Shown: in pieces, positions 36,454 through 50,159 of the stretch
Numbering within the stretch: the first letter of the stretch is position 1
Layout: each line of letters begins with the position of its first letter
From: Podarcis erhardii
Taxonomy: Eukaryota
Length of the DNA stretch: 64,000 bases
Assembly (NCBI GenBank): GCA_964252035.1
Contig: OZ176214.1
Reading direction: 5' to 3' (one strand)
Translations under genes and position numbers: made by a program
The notes under the pieces: model-generated
Seen by the model: only the letters and a program-made list of their open reading frames with translations
Database searches by the model: none
What the model was told of the DNA's origin: nothing

Positions 36454-37370
36454 AGGAAGCTTCAGTTGACCTTATGTGTGCCCATGTGTAGCATATGAAT
36501 TGACTAAGACCACGGCAGCCTTTTCTCGCCCCAAAGTGCCTGCATATAAACAGTGAACAGAGCACAAGAAATGACCAGTAACTGGAACTGAGGACAACAG
36601 TTTTGAAAAGAACTTCCCAGAAGTGCAAGTGGACATACCCCTTGCCCCAACCCCCCACCCCCACAGTTTTTTAAGAATGTATCTTGCCTGAGGAAAATGA
36701 ACTTTTGGGGGATGAAGGCAATGATGATATTGAAGTAAAGACTTCTATATTGCTGGGAACTGCCTTGAAGGCATTGATATCTGGATGGCTATTATTACTC
36801 AGTGTAGTATAATGCAAGAGTTCTGTTCACACTGAAAGCATGATGTAGAGGTAAAGGTGTGTGTTTACCTCTTGTTTCTTCACCTGGACTGTTTCATAGG
36901 AATAAATGTTTTTATAAGATCAACCGCATCAGGGAAAAAAGACCCAATGGTTTTGTTTAAATACATTTCTGCAACCACACTTCAAAAATAAACAGACCTA
37001 AATGTTTCTATGAAAGGAACTGTCTAATAGATACAAATTTTGCAATTGTCCTCCTGTTTCTAGGAGTTAAATAAATGAATGGGAGACCTGGAGGGCAACC
37101 CTCCAGCCTCCTAGCCTCTCCCCACTTGCACTCCTGGAAAGGAAGTGAAGGTTGGAGAGTGCCAGGAGCCGCCTGCTCCCTTGGTATATTCCTCCTTCTC
37201 TGTAATTTTCATGACATATTTCACCTTGACCTTAGGTTTAAATCATTATGGAAACTTTCTACTTTGGTTTTTGAGTAAAAAAAAAGTAATTTGTTTCAAA
37301 CTGTAATTGTATTTATTTTATAATATTTACAGTTTTCCCTCCTCTGTAAGAGCACTTTACATGTGCATCT

Positions 37371-37396
37371 AATAAATTTCTTAAACATTTAATAAA
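37371..37396 (+). terminator. Probable ATG4A polyadenylation signals (AATAAA 37371-37376 and 37391-37396)
   Basis: Tandem AATAAA followed by a GT/T-rich tract (ttttgtgggttgttt), with an AU-rich region upstream at ~37300. Confidence 0.6.
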
Positions 37397-40300
37397 TTAA
37401 ATGCTAGATTTTGTGGGTTGTTTGGGACCTTTTTAACCACCCAAGGAAGTTCTCTGGCAAAATGAAAACTATTGTCTCTTCCCCTTTGTTACTACTTTGA
37501 CATGGTCAGGCATGGATGGTGTAACTTTTATAGTCCTGCGATCCTAGCAATGCAGTTTTATTTGCAACTTGAGGTTTCCCCCCTAAAGGTTACATTTGCT
37601 GCATGTAGCAGATTTATTTCTGCTTGGTGCCATAATCATTAGCACTTTGCTTGTGAGGTTAGCTGCTTGTGTAAAAACAATGCTTTGGGCAACCATTATG
37701 AGCATCTTATTATTCCATATGGGTCTAAGCATCTACTTTGCCTTTACAAATGAAAACTGATAAGAACTACACATTTGTGCATTGAGAAGCAAGTATGCTG
37801 TTTCTTCACATATGTTTGGCCTCTTGTTATGCAACAAGACCTAATGAATTGGTGCTGAGTTACAATTGTAAATATTTACCTCCTGAAACCATCACCTGTG
37901 CAATCAGGGAGTGTGAATCTGCTAGAGGGTGGTGTGTCCCATATAAAAAAAAATCATTGTGTCGTTCCATGTGAGAGAAAGCTGCCCTTTGGTACTTTTG
38001 TAAGGAAACAGCACCTGCTGCTAATCTGGAGGGCAGGTAGCAAAAGTCCCCTAGTGATCTCTCTGGTGATACAACTGCAAACTGATTGATTTGAACACTC
38101 AACTGTTGAATAAAGCTCCATTAGATTTATGTCTTGCACCCAAACTGGCATCCTGTTCAGAAAAACTCTGAAATTTACTGAGAAGTTGGGGAGTGGTGAA
38201 CAGAAATGGACAGTGTTCATTCAACTGCATAAGGAAAAACAGCATAACTCACAAAATTGGCATATTTGTGTTTTATGGCTTTTTCGATAAAATTAACAAT
38301 GGAAAATACAGTCTGTGCCCTAAAGATGCTTTTGACAGTGTATTACAAAAATAATCACACTTCTCCCCCAGTTGAAACAAAAGAGAACCCGCCATGGCTT
38401 AAGCAGTAGAAAAGGTTAATCTAACATCTACTCAAAGTTAAGTGTAAAACTAAATTGTTTTATAGTGTATATCACTTTGGCACCAGCAGTTTCAAGGCTA
38501 CCTCTGAAAGGCAAAAATCTGTAAATGTGCTCTAACAGTTGCAAAGCTGTTGAGTAACCAGTATATAAATTTTTTCATTTTATGTACAGTACAGCACAAG
38601 AATTGGAGAAAACCATGAAATTTCACACATATGTCTTTAGATTCCACAAAGAAAAATGGACGTTTTCACTCAAGACCCATAAAGCACCAGTGAATACAGA
38701 AGTCATTAACCCCCAATGACCTGCTCAAGCATGCATTCCTATTGCAAATGGTACAGAATCATGATTGATTTTGAGCGCTGTCAAGTGTAAGGGAGGTTGA
38801 GCTTTTAGACAAAGTGAATCTTTATATGCACCAGCAGCAGCCTGCCTGGTATGATCAGGGGTTCATAGAGACCCGGGATATAGTGTGATGTCATCCCATA
38901 AAGATTGGTACATGGGTTTTAAAACATCTGAAAATGGTCTTCAAGATAACCGGCTATTCTGTTTATAGTGTAAAACTTAGTAAAAATAGAGCACCCTAAA
39001 AAATAAATGAAAAACCGTTTGTTCATCTTAGAGGCATAACTATTGCACATGTTTTTAAGTCCCCTATGACCACGAAATACCATCCACATATAGTAGACTA
39101 TCACAGATTAATCCAACACAGCCTAGGCTATTCCTGTGTCACAAGCAGAAAGCAAGGAACTTTGCATAAACATCTACAGGAAAATATTAAAGACATTATG
39201 CAATGAGAAGACATATTTTACAAAATGCCCAGAGGCTTCCTATAACTGCTGCAAATGCATGGCAGAGACCATTAAAGCAGATTAGGAAGTGAGTCAACCT
39301 GGATCCAGTGAATCCATGGCAGAGCTCCAAGCACATGCAGAGCAGATAGCTGAAGAATGTGACCTTAAGTGCAGGCTATACTATATTAAATGCTTAATTA
39401 AACCAGCAGAAAACATTTAAAAAGGTCCTCATTTTGCAGAAACTTGCTCCACACATGCACACAATTCTGCACAATTGTTCCCATGCAAAGGTGATTCTTG
39501 GAGCCATGCTGGAAGTTGCTTCTCTGCTCCTACAGGCACCTGCAGTCTGTTTCTGCTACAACAACCTGTCCCATACTCTGACCTCCACAACCTAGGACTG
39601 AGAGGGAGAGGCAGCTGGTTGTGGAGCGGTGGTAAGTGGTGCCAAGCCTGAGACTGCAAGTGTATTATCACCTGCCACTGCCCTGTCTCCCTACTGATGG
39701 GGAGGCAAGCCAGGTGGGAAACAGGAAACGTTTTTGGCTCAATGAAGCCAAGCTCAGAACTTCCAGCATAGCTGCCACCCCAACAGGCAACAGAGGCAGG
39801 CCAGCAATGAGCAGGTAGGTCAGCAACACTGGAAATTGCATGGCAGCCAACATTGTTGCTGGCTTCCCCCCCCCCCTCTACTGGGCTTTCCAGTGCATTC
39901 AGAGGCAGCCTGGAAAGGATCAGAAGGAGTCTCTCAGTAACAGTACAATGCAGTCTCAGCCTGTTTTAACTTTGCAGATATCACCATGCACTGTACCTCC
40001 TGCACTGGAACAGCCTCCTGCAGTTGTTTCAGTGCATGTGCCTGCCTGCATGTGCCAACCAAAAAATCTGTACAATGTAGTACCACTAGAGTGCTTTGAT
40101 TTTGAAAAGGCTTTTTACAGTTCTAAGTAATACAGCACAGGAAACTACTCAATACACCTGCCTCTTTGGTATATTCATCCAGAATCCATTATTGCCCAGT
40201 TTGGATATAATATTCTCTGCTTACTAAACTGAGTTATGAATGCAATTTCTGCCTACGTGGTATGTCTTTGCACTGCCCTCCCCTTCCTAGATGCACCACA

Positions 40301-41710
40301 TTTGAAGGTTTCCTTTGATAATTAACTACAGTTTCCTGCTATGTTTACAAAAGCTGGAAGAGAGAGTCTGAAACCATGGTGTGAAGTTGGGTTCAGATCC
40401 AGGTTTGTAAAAATAGTGGTCCTGCTTTGGATGCAACAGAAAACTATGGTTAATTGATACAGGAAGTATTCAACTGCAGCACACAGAGAAGGAAGGAAGG
40501 AGGGAGTGGGGAAGGAGGGAGGTACATGCATGAGCAAACAGTGTGCATGTTTCAGCTTAAGAAGCAGATTTGAGTAATGTCTGAACAGGGCCTGTAAATT
40601 TCGTTATTCTGATTTGCAAAAGATGATGCTCTAAATGAGATGTAGGTGTGAAAACACTTATTTTTGCTTCAGCTGCCTCATCTCTTTGTAGCACATTAAA
40701 TAGCAGGGGAATGCTGAGAAATATTTCCTAAACTTTTATATGTAAACATTACACAGGGAAGGATAGTGTGTCAAAAGTGTACCCATCACAAATTTCTCCA
40801 CCAAATGCATATTTAAAAAATGCTGGGTAATTGCTAAAGCACCTGAATGTATAGCTGCAACATAATGATAAATCCTTCCATTTTTTAACTGATTTAGTGG
40901 TTTCAATGACTAGTTTAAATTTATCATTTCAGATACAATAATTGATTTGTAAGACGTTTGGAGCTTGTCTTTTATAAACTTGATTCTGCCTATGTCACAG
41001 GTACCTTTTCATTGTTGCATAAGCCTCAGACCCGATCCTCATGTTACAGTAAGAGCACACTTGTGCTTTCCCTATCATGTTTGAAGCAGGCACTCATTTT
41101 ACAAGTTCATTTGTTGAATAATGTGCCAGGCAGCACTTATGACCCTCTGCTCCAGGGACCTGGACAGAACAATTATTTATAGTTGCTTCAAATATGATAT
41201 TGTGTGTTTATGTAGTCATGTGCCTGCTCACCTGTGGTGAGCAAAATCACATTGACGGGACCAAGCTCTGACAAGCTGGGGTGGGGGTTTGCTTCTAAAA
41301 TAAACCACTAAGAGGCCTGACTATGGCTGTTACACTCAACATCTATGGCATTTGTTGAACCTCTTTTAATCCATAACAGCATGAGAAGCCACCTGGAATG
41401 GCCAAAGCTCTGAAGAGGAGAACGTTCTCCAAAATTCAACAGGTCCTATTAAAATCTGTTTAGTATGTCAAAGAGAGGGCAGGAAGTGGCACCTGGAAAA
41501 CCAGAGAAAGGCCTCCTGAGGTAGCCTTGAACAGAAGAACAAAGAGAGAAATATAGCACCATGTTCTGTAATATAGACAAGGGGGCCCCAGAGGTTTTCA
41601 AAGTGATTTCAATGCCATTACTGCAGCCGGGGAAGATTGCACATCCCACAGTCTCCAGCACCGCAAGACCTCAAGTCCCTTATGTTGGCTCTGACCAGTT
41701 CTGGCCTTTG

Positions 41711-41971
41711 CTACAAGTTCTTCATGCACACTTGGCATCGACCAACTCGTGTCCGGAGCTGGCCTGCCTTCAGAGTCTCGGAGATGGTAAAGTCGGCAAA
41801 CTGCTGGGTCTGCTCAACCGTTGTCAGCCAAAAGCTGTACTTGTTTGAGAAGTAGTGGCAGGTCCCCCGGGCACCATTACATTCGATGAAAGGGGTGGCA
41901 CGGAAGTCTTCCAAGCAAGAGCCAGGGGAGACGAGGGACTGGCCGCCACCTTCAGCTCCAGCTGCAGTGTG
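41711..41971 (-). CDS. COL4A6: COL4A6 last exon (C-terminal half of NC1)
   Basis: [54 protein letters not shown]...[22 protein letters not shown], stop TAG. Alpha6-type C-terminus; retains the sulfilimine Lys in ETLKAG. Confidence 0.96.
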   Translation of the reverse strand, partial: HTAAGAEGGGQSLVSPGSCLEDFRATPFIECNGARGTCHYFSNKYSFWLTTVEQTQQFADFTISETLKAGQLRTRVGRCQVCMKNL

Positions 41972-42084
41972 CTAAAAGAAAACAGTTTCGTTAAAGAAAC
42001 TCCCACAGCAGGGATTGGTAGAGATGAACAAAACTCTCACAGTTCTGGTTGCTGCAGAAAAGAAAATCACACCACGAGGGAGGA

Positions 42085-42256
42085 CCACAGATCAGTGGCA
42101 AAGCATTTCCTTTGCATGCAGAAGGTCTCAGGTTCAATCCCTGACATCTCCAGTAAGGGTTGGAAAGAGACTCCCTGGCTGAAATCCCAGAGAGCCAATA
42201 CCAGTCAGTGTAGACGATACTGAACTAGATGGGCAAATGGTCTGACTCAGGGTAAG
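42085..42256 (+). mobile_element. tRNA-derived short SINE
   Basis: gatcagtggcaaagcat...ggttcaatccctgacatctccag head; gactcagggtaag tail. Confidence 0.6.
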
Positions 42257-43012
42257 TCCCCCTCTTATGTATTTATGGTATCTTGCAGCAGACGGAGAAG
42301 GCCGAGAAGAGAAAGAGACGTTCAGTTCTTCCTTTTGCACTCAGCTTCCACCCAACCTGTAGGTCTCATGTCCATGGAACCAGGAGCAGGGACTTGCAGG
42401 GCGGGTGGTAGCTACAATTTGCAGGGAAGGAAAGGAGAAAACAAAGGGATGGAGGGTCTTTACTCATCCTCTACCCTGCCTCCCTGGGCAACACAAGCAC
42501 CAGCTGAATCCCTTATATACGCTCTTGTGTACATACACTCAGGCACACATATACACAAACTTATATGAATGCAGGCACTCACATATTTAGGTCACATCTG
42601 CACTAACCATTTAAAGCACTATTATGCCACTTTTACAACCCTGGGGAATCCTGGGAACTGTGCTGAGCATTGCAGCTTTGTGAGGTCAGTTTTAATAGTG
42701 CTTTAAGTGGTTGGTGCGGACGTGACCTTACTCTCCAGTTTCATAATTTGTTCATCTGTTGTTGCTGGGTTTTTTTATTTCCTGAGATTCATATGGCACC
42801 TGGTTGCAATGAAACATCAAAGCACTTTGCCGAAAGAATGAAACAATAAAACCATCAGTTAAAAACAACTCTTTGAAACATTAAACAAATTAATTAATTA
42901 AAATCAGCGATGAGCTAAAAATCAGATTTAAAAACACATGCCAACATTCTGAATGTCTGCATAGGATAGATTTATCTAAACAAATGTGCTATAAACTGGC
43001 CTGAAAAGAGTA

Positions 43013-43209
43013 CAGTGGTACCTCAGGTTAAGACGCTTCAGGTTACAGACTCTGCTATCCCCGAAATAATACCTCGGGTTAAGAACTTTGCTTCAGGATG
43101 AGAACAGAAATTGCGCAGCAGCAGTGGGAGGCCCCATTAGCTAAAGTGGTGCTTCAGGTTAAGAACGGACCTCCAGAACAAATTAAGTACTTAACCCAAG
43201 GTACCACTG
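43013..43209. mobile_element. Tc1/mariner MITE nested in a LINE remnant
   Basis: TA|CAGTGGTACCTC...AAGGTACCACTG|TA. Confidence 0.9.
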
Positions 43210-43443
43210 TACAGTGAAGGTGCCTGCCTGGGGTCCATAGGCAAGAAGTTCCCAAGTGGGTGGGGTGTTTCTACTGCCACAGTGAAAGATCAATTTCTTG
43301 CCAATCGATCTAGCCTACCCTTGTCTACACTGCCTGGCAGCAGCCTTCCATGGCCCCAGGCAAAGAGAGACTACTTTTTTAAGTGGAGATTCTGCCAGGG
43401 ACTCAACTGAGTGCCTTCTGCATACAAAGCAAGGGTCTCTTAC

Positions 43444-43730
43444 CATGAGGAAGGAATATCCAATCCAGAGGCTACGCCAGCCTTCTGGGCACTGAGGGAT
43501 GGTGATGTCCTGACTGTGAACAGCCACGGCCTGGGAAGGAGCTTCGCATACTGAGCAGCGGCTGATGTACTGAGAGATCTGGAAGCTGCTGACGGGCATC
43601 ATGGGGATGGGAGCTGTGGTGGAGAGCCAGTAGGATTTGTCATTGCGGCTGGCATAGTAGCAGACCTCATTAATGTTGCAGTAAATGAAAGGCATCGTGC
43701 TGAAGCGAGGCAGGCAGGAGCCGGCAAAAC
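43444..43730 (-). CDS. COL4A6: COL4A6 NC1 exon (287 nt)
   Basis: [47 protein letters not shown]...GYSFLM; tag|GT...ATG|gtaag. Confidence 0.97.
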
Positions 43731-44694
43731 CTACAGGGGAGAGGCAAGAGAAAAAGCATGGCAGTCAACTCAGAGCGTCAGGCTCATTCAGATGGCCTGT
43801 TTATTGAATTCAAACCAAGCACACACACACTGCTGAAGGGCACATGACTGTAAACGAATCAGCATACAGTGTATTGATTATATTAAGCTTGCAATAAGAT
43901 AGACAAAATATTTGTTGCAAAGTAATGCAATGAAATGCTCTAAGCAGCGGACAAGTATCATTACACTTGCAAAGTATAACATGTTTCAGGGATATGAATG
44001 TGCCAATGTTTATTCATTGTATTCATCTGAGGAAGATTTTCGAAATAGGACCTTATCTGGAAACTTGTCATCAGCTGTTCAGCGCATTTTTCGAAACAAT
44101 AACAACTTTTGTGCCAAATGCTTCTTTGTAAGCCTTGCTGAGGTGTACACTTTGCAATAGTAACACTATTTTGTCTATCTTAGTAGGTTGAGCTACTTCT
44201 TATAATCAATATATTGTTTTGTTTACAGTCATGTGCCCTTTTATGCATGTGATTCTGTTTGTTGATGACTAGCGGAAGGAAAATCTGAAGATATAACATC
44301 AGTTATGGAACTTAACTGGCTACCAATTAATGACTTCCTCTTTGCTTTCACCCTCTGACGGGGCGGTGCGTTCCCCCCACATTCCTCTTTCTCCGCCAGT
44401 GGCCTTACCACCAGTGGGAAAGATGGGAAGCAGGGCCAATTCCATCATTTTTGCCAAAAGCCCAGCTCCATCAAGCAGCTCCTTTGCTCATTACAAAAAC
44501 AACTATTTTAGGAATTGGTGGCCGAGTTTGATTTTCCCCTCTTCCCTCCCTGTCCCTTTCCCCTTGTGTGTCATGGTTTTTCTAGATTGTAAGCCTGCAG
44601 GCAGTGACTGCTTTGTTTTAGTGGATTGCATGTAAGACATTCGGGGAGCCTTTTGGCTTCTGAATAAACAAACGATAAATATTTGCCTGCTTAC

Positions 44695-44886
44695 CAAGGT
44701 CCTGGTTGTGAGCCTTCTCCTGGCCCTCCACATACAGCAAACTGTACCCTTCCCAGAGCTTGTTCATCCCTACAGGACACGGCGGGATCTGCTCCGACTG
44801 GCTGTGCTTCACCAAAGTGTAGCCGACCCCAACGCTGCGGCCTGGCATGCCAGGTAAACCGGCAGGACCAGGCTTCCCAGACATTC
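44695..44886 (-). CDS. COL4A6: COL4A6 exon spanning the collagenous/NC1 junction (192 nt)
   Basis: [65 protein letters not shown]. Confidence 0.97.
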
Positions 44887-45759
44887 CTGGGGAGAAAAAG
44901 AGAGAGGTTAGATCCTGGCCATGAGTGACGTAGTGCCAGCAAGATTGAGGCTGTCATGGATGAGGAACTCCTCTTCCTTCTCACCTACTCAACTAGTGCC
45001 AAGCTAATAATTTGGGCCAAACTACATCAGAGATGCTCTGATGGGCACTACTAGTGGTTCCCAATGCCCCTGAGTTTCAGCCAGCCTTTACAAGGGACCA
45101 AAGTTTCAGTTTGGTAGACCTTGCCCTGTGGAACTCCCTGCTGCTACAAGTTCAGCAGGAACAATTCTTGCCCTTTTTTTGCAGGGGGTGTCTCCTAAAA
45201 ACAGTGTTATTCACAAAGGGCTTCTGCAGTGTGAATCCCCCCACCACGCCTAGAATTTACAGATGTTTTTATTGTAAGATTGTATGGTGCACACCACCTT
45301 TTATTTTTATGAAACTGTGGTTTACAAATAAACAAATACATGTTACACCTAATGCTTATGTGCAGCATTGTCTTTTCTTCTTCTTTGGTTAATTATACAT
45401 ACACGACCCCACCGATGGTGGAGGAAGGGGTGTGTAGTGGGTGTGGTCCGCCCCGGGTGTCATCCCTGGGGGTGGTGACATCACCACCCCGCCACCCTGG
45501 GACGCTTGCCCTGCCCCTGCGGGCGGCTAGCCCCGCCCTGGCTGCACAATATGTGTGCTGCTCCAGGTGCCAGAGCATTTAGCTCTGCCTCTGGCCCCCA
45601 CAGCTGTTTTCAGAACTGCAGCATGAATGCACTGGAATCCTCCTTTCCCCAGACTACTCCACCCCAACAAGGTCTCCTGCACAACTATGAGCATTGGTTT
45701 TAAAAGCTTTCACTGTGTGCCAACCTCCTCTTTCCACATAGCTATGGCTCTCCAAATGT

Positions 45760-46290
45760 TGTTAGACTCCAGCCAGCATGGCCAGTGCTCAAGAATGCTC
45801 ACTGGGGCAAGGCAGTTTGAGCATAACGCCAATCCTGGCCCAACTGCACTGGCTGCCAATTAGTTTCTGGGCCCAATTCAAAGTGCTGGTTTTGGCCTCT
45901 GAAGCTTTTCATGGCTCAGGACTACAATACCTCAAGGACCAGCTCTCCCTATATCAGACCCTGCAATAATGACCAGAGGCCCTTCTTTGTATGCCTCCTT
46001 CCTCCATGAGAGGTCCGGAGGATGGCAACATGAGAATGGGCCTTTTCTGCAGTGGCTCCCTGCTTGTGGAATGCCCTCCCCAGGGAGGCTCATCTGGTGC
46101 CTTCATTATACATCTTTGGGTGCCAGGCAAAAATATTTCTCTTCTCCCAGTCCTTTGGCTAATTAAACCATCTATGGCTTTTATAACTGTGGGAGGGGGG
46201 AAGTTAGTCTTTTGTTTGTTACTATGTTAGGCATATTGGTGGTTTTGTATTGTAAACCACCCTGTGATCCTTCAAAGAATGGTGATATGG
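45760..46290 (+). mobile_element. Degenerate L2/CR1-clade LINE ORF2 3' end
   Basis: Translates to ITPILAQLHWLPISFWAQFKVLVL, similar to the LHWLP..FK motif at LINE ORF2 C-termini. Confidence 0.65.
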
Positions 46291-46391
46291 AAATTTAATA
46301 AATGATGGATATTGTAGTCCCGTAGGCTGGAGGGCCACAGATTTCCCTTCCCTGCCCTAGACACTAAAGAGACAATGTAAAAAGCATTTAC

Positions 46392-46508
46392 CTTCAAATC
46401 CTGGTGGCCCGGTACTTCCTGGAGTTCCTGGATCTCCAACTACACCAGGTGACCCTGGCAAACCATTGACTCCCATCTGGCCTGGTCTACCTGCCATCCC
46501 TTTGGGGC
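46392..46508 (-). CDS. COL4A6: COL4A6 Gly-X-Y exon (117 nt)
   Basis: GPKGMAGRPGQMGVNGLPGSPGVVGDPGTPGSTGPPGFEG; AG/GT, phase 1-1. Confidence 0.95.
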
Positions 46509-46610
46509 CTGTTATATATAAACATATATATATATAAATAGCTTGTTAAGGTTTTTTTTTCTTATACCCCTGTCTTCAGTCAAAACAAGAGATCTGTGTC
46601 ATGATGAGTA

Positions 46611-46875
46611 AAAAGGTAAAGGTACCCCTGACCATTAGGTCCAGTCACGGATGACTCTGGGGTTGCGGTGCTCATCTTGCTTTACAGGCCGAGGAAGCCG
46701 GCGTTTGTCCGCTTCTGCAGACAGTTTTTCCAGGCCATGTGGCCAGCATGACTAAGCCGCTTCTGGCGAAACCAGAGCAGCGCACAGAAATGCCGTTTAC
46801 CTTCCCGCCGGAGCGGTACCTATTTATCTACTTGCACTTTGACGTGCTTTTGAACTGCTAGGTTGGCAGGAGCAG
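46611..46875 (-). mobile_element. 5'-truncated Sauria-type SINE
   Basis: Tail and core present, tRNA head absent; 8-bp TSD GATGAGTA (46603-46610, 46875-46882). Confidence 0.9.
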
Positions 46876-46901
46876 ATGAGTAGGACCAGCTTATCTTAAC
46901 C

Positions 46902-47021
46902 CAGAGGTGGGGAACCTGTGACTCCAACTCCCATCATCCCCCAGCTAGCATGGCCAATTGCTAGGGATGATGGGAGTGACACTCCAACAGCATCTGGATG
47001 GCCACAGGTTCCCCACTGCTG
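46902..47021. mobile_element. Palindromic hAT-type MITE
   Basis: CAGAGGTGGGGAACCTGTG...CACAGGTTCCCCACTGCTG; same ctcccatcatccc family as 63695. Confidence 0.6.
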
Positions 47022-47433
47022 CCCCAGCCTTTCCATTCAATGCAGCTTAGCATAATAATACCTATGACTTCTAAAATGTCCACTTTATGAAAATCCTTGC
47101 TGGGCAGAAGCAGCAGTGGCATCCTAGACATGGAACGTTTGTGCGAAACCAACACAGGTTTAAAGTGAGTTCTGGATGTAGGTTTTCTCCCCAGCCCTTT
47201 CCCAACACATGGGGAAATCGTATGAACTTCATGCCTCCACTTAAATGGCAGATTCCAAACCACAGAAAATAAAGCCAAGTTCCTATGCTGTAGCTTTCGA
47301 AACTAGGTCACACTTATTAGAGGGAAGAGGTGTGCCAAGTCAAAATTGTCTGCATTTTTAACTTTTTTTATTTATTTCTGATGGATTTTGCTATACACCC
47401 ATTTTAAAATACACCATATGTATGTTGTTGTTG

Positions 47434-47437
<4 letters not shown>

Positions 47438-47489
<52 letters not shown>

Positions 47490-47490
47490 C
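47438..47490. repeat. (GT)n(GA)n microsatellite
   Basis: Read directly from the sequence. Confidence 0.95.
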
Positions 47491-47761
47491 AGACTCAGTA
47501 ACCCAATATTGCATTTGATGTTTATGATCCATAGACCAAATAAACACAACTGTTATTAATTACTCAATCTCTGCAACCTTTTTACTTGGGAGAAAGTGGC
47601 TTAGAGGGAAGAGATAAGAAAAAAGTAAAACAAGGAGTCAAGTGGAAGGGTAGATTGTGAATCTGATAATCTACTCTGCTGAGGCCACTTATATGCTCCT
47701 AAAATAAGGACACAGGAAACTGCCTTATACTGAAGGCATCCACGTAAGGTGCGTGCTTTAC

Positions 47762-47908
47762 CTGGTGGTCCAGTCAGGCCCTGGAACCCAGTATCTCCAT
47801 TCAAACCAGGGATGCCATCAATTCCTGGCAGACCAATTAAGCCTGGAGCAACTTTGACTTCTTCAACTTTCTGCACAAGACCAGGAGCTCCTTGAAGACC
47901 AGGAAACC
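47762..47908 (-). CDS. COL4A6: COL4A6 exon (147 nt, with Gly-X-Y interruption)
   Basis: GFPGLQGAPGLVQKVEEVKVAPGLIGLPGIDGIPGLNGDTGFQGLTGPPG. Confidence 0.94.
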
Positions 47909-49060
47909 CTGCACATGATGGATAGGAGAATGACCTGCCTTGATTATCAACAGGTGGTGGTGAGAAAATATATCACATCACAACCCTAGTCCCTTTACCA
48001 TCAGTAGAGAAGACTGTACAACTGGGATGCTAAAGAGAAACAGGAATAATAATATGGAGAAGATACAGAACTTTGGAACTCCCTTCCTTGGGAAATACAC
48101 CTTGTCCTCTCTTTGCAACCATTCCCCATCCCACCCGCCCTTTAGCTTCAGTCAAATTGAGGGGGTGGGGAGAGACATTAGATATGTGTTTGCTCATATG
48201 ATCTAATCCTCCTCTCTTGGAGTTTGGTTCCCAAGCGGGAAATGCCCAAGGGAATTTCGCATATGGTCAGGCCCCCAACACCGATCAAATTTTGGCCTAC
48301 AAGATCAATCCTGGTAGGGATCTGGCCCCATGAAGCAAAAAGGTTCCCCACTTCTGTTACAGGTAATCAAAATGAAGCTTAAACATAATGTAAATTACAA
48401 ATAAAATATCCAAATATCGCACCTCCCAAGAATCATTCGGACACGATGGAAAGAACAAGGTTTCTGTCAACTAGTATAAAGAATAGCAGTGAAATCAGAT
48501 CACAGCAAGAGGAAACAGAAACTGAAATGGGCAAATCTTTACTGAATTTTGAAAGCCACAACAACAAATACAGATGTTCTGTTCTATGCCAATAGCCAAG
48601 TCTTTCTCTGCTGATCTTCACACAGCCAAAAATAGCAACATCTGCTCACAAGAGGGAGGTATAATCAGGATCGAGGGAACTCAAAGGTTTATAGAAGTGC
48701 CAAAAATATACTCATGAAAAAACATGCCTATTTATTATTATTTTGTGGGGGAATGGAATGGAGTAGCCTGGAAAAGGGCATGGCTGCCTGGCTGGAACCC
48801 TGAACAGGAGCATTCCGCACCACAACCTTTTGGTCCTTCCTGTAAGTGACATATTTATCTTGATTGGATGACAGAAGCTAAACTAAACAAAATTCTGAAA
48901 ACTCAGTAAGAGGTCCTAACTACTTCAAACCAAAATCTTATTTTTGGCTAATCATGTAACAGGCAGCATAATAGAGAATCTATAACATTCTCTTATCACA
49001 CTATGTTTTGTTCCATTCCCAAGGTCAAGTACATCTCCCACGAAGCTGCTTGGTGCTTAC

Positions 49061-49159
49061 CTCGACGGCCTGCTTCACCTTTTGGCCCAGGGAAACCAGC
49101 ATCTCCTGGAGGACCATCTTTACCTGGCATTCCCATTAAACCTGGATCACCTCTGAAGC
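49061..49159 (-). CDS. COL4A6: COL4A6 exon (99 nt)
   Basis: GFRGDPGLMGMPGKDGPPGDAGFPGPKGEAGRRG. Confidence 0.95.
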
Positions 49160-49401
49160 CTGAGAAGATACAAGAGTTATAGACTTGCTTCTGCAACCAG
49201 ACCACAGAAACTGATACTGGCAATCACATGAGCACATTAGTAAGAGAAAACCAGGCTATTTTGTTTTAGAATAGCATTAAGCAGCTTTCCGCAATCTGGT
49301 GCCCTCCAGATGTTTTAAGACTACAACTCCCATCATCATTAGTCAGGGAATTGGTGAGAATTGTAGTTGAAAGCCCCAGCCCCAGGCTGAGGAAGCTGGT
49401 A

Positions 49402-49652
49402 CAGTGGTACCTCAGGTTAAGTACTTAATTCCTTCCGGAGGTCTGTTCTTAACCTGAAACTGTTCTTAACCTGAAGCACCTCAAGCACCACTTTAGCTAA
49501 TGGAGGCTCCTGCTGCCGCCGCGCCACTGGAGCACAATTTCTGTCCTCATCCTGAAGCAAAGTTCTTAACCCGAGGTAATTTTTCTGGGTTAGCGGAGTC
49601 TGTAACCTGAAGCATCTGTAACCTGAAGTGTATGTAACCTGAGGTACCACTG
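49402..49652. mobile_element. Tc1/mariner MITE
   Basis: TA|CAGTGGTACCTC...GAGGTACCACTG|TA. Confidence 0.92.
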
Positions 49653-49918
49653 TATATAAGTTTATACTGTTGCTCAAGGCTTTTCTAGGGCAAATCTGCA
49701 TGCTTTTATATTTTCATTATGCCTGTCCTTTGATTTAAACAATCTTTCCAATTTATTTTATTTTTGGTCTGATTCTGGTCTCTTTCTGATTACCACTGAT
49801 GTGTTCACTGAAACAAAATTTAAGAACCTATTTTCATATACCACCTTTGACATCAATGGGGTGAGAAACCAGGATACAAAAGTCTTTGACAAGCAAACAC
49901 TGCAGAACTTGCTGAATA

Positions 49919-50159
49919 CAGTGGTACCTCGGTTTAAGAACAGCCCTGTTTATGAACTATTAGGTATAAGAACTCCAAAAAACCGGAAGTAGTGTTCCGG
50001 TTAGTGAACTTTAACTTGGTCTATGAACAGAAGCCGAATGGTGGAAGGGCATAGGCGGCGGGAGGCCTCATTAGGGAAAGCGTGCCTCAGTTTAAGAACA
50101 GCTTTGGTTTAAGAATGGGCTTCCGGAACGGATTAAGTTCATAAACCGAGGTACCACTG
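49919..50159. mobile_element. Tc1/mariner MITE (related subfamily)
   Basis: TA|CAGTGGTACCTCGGTTTA...TAAACCGAGGTACCACTG|TA. Confidence 0.92.
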
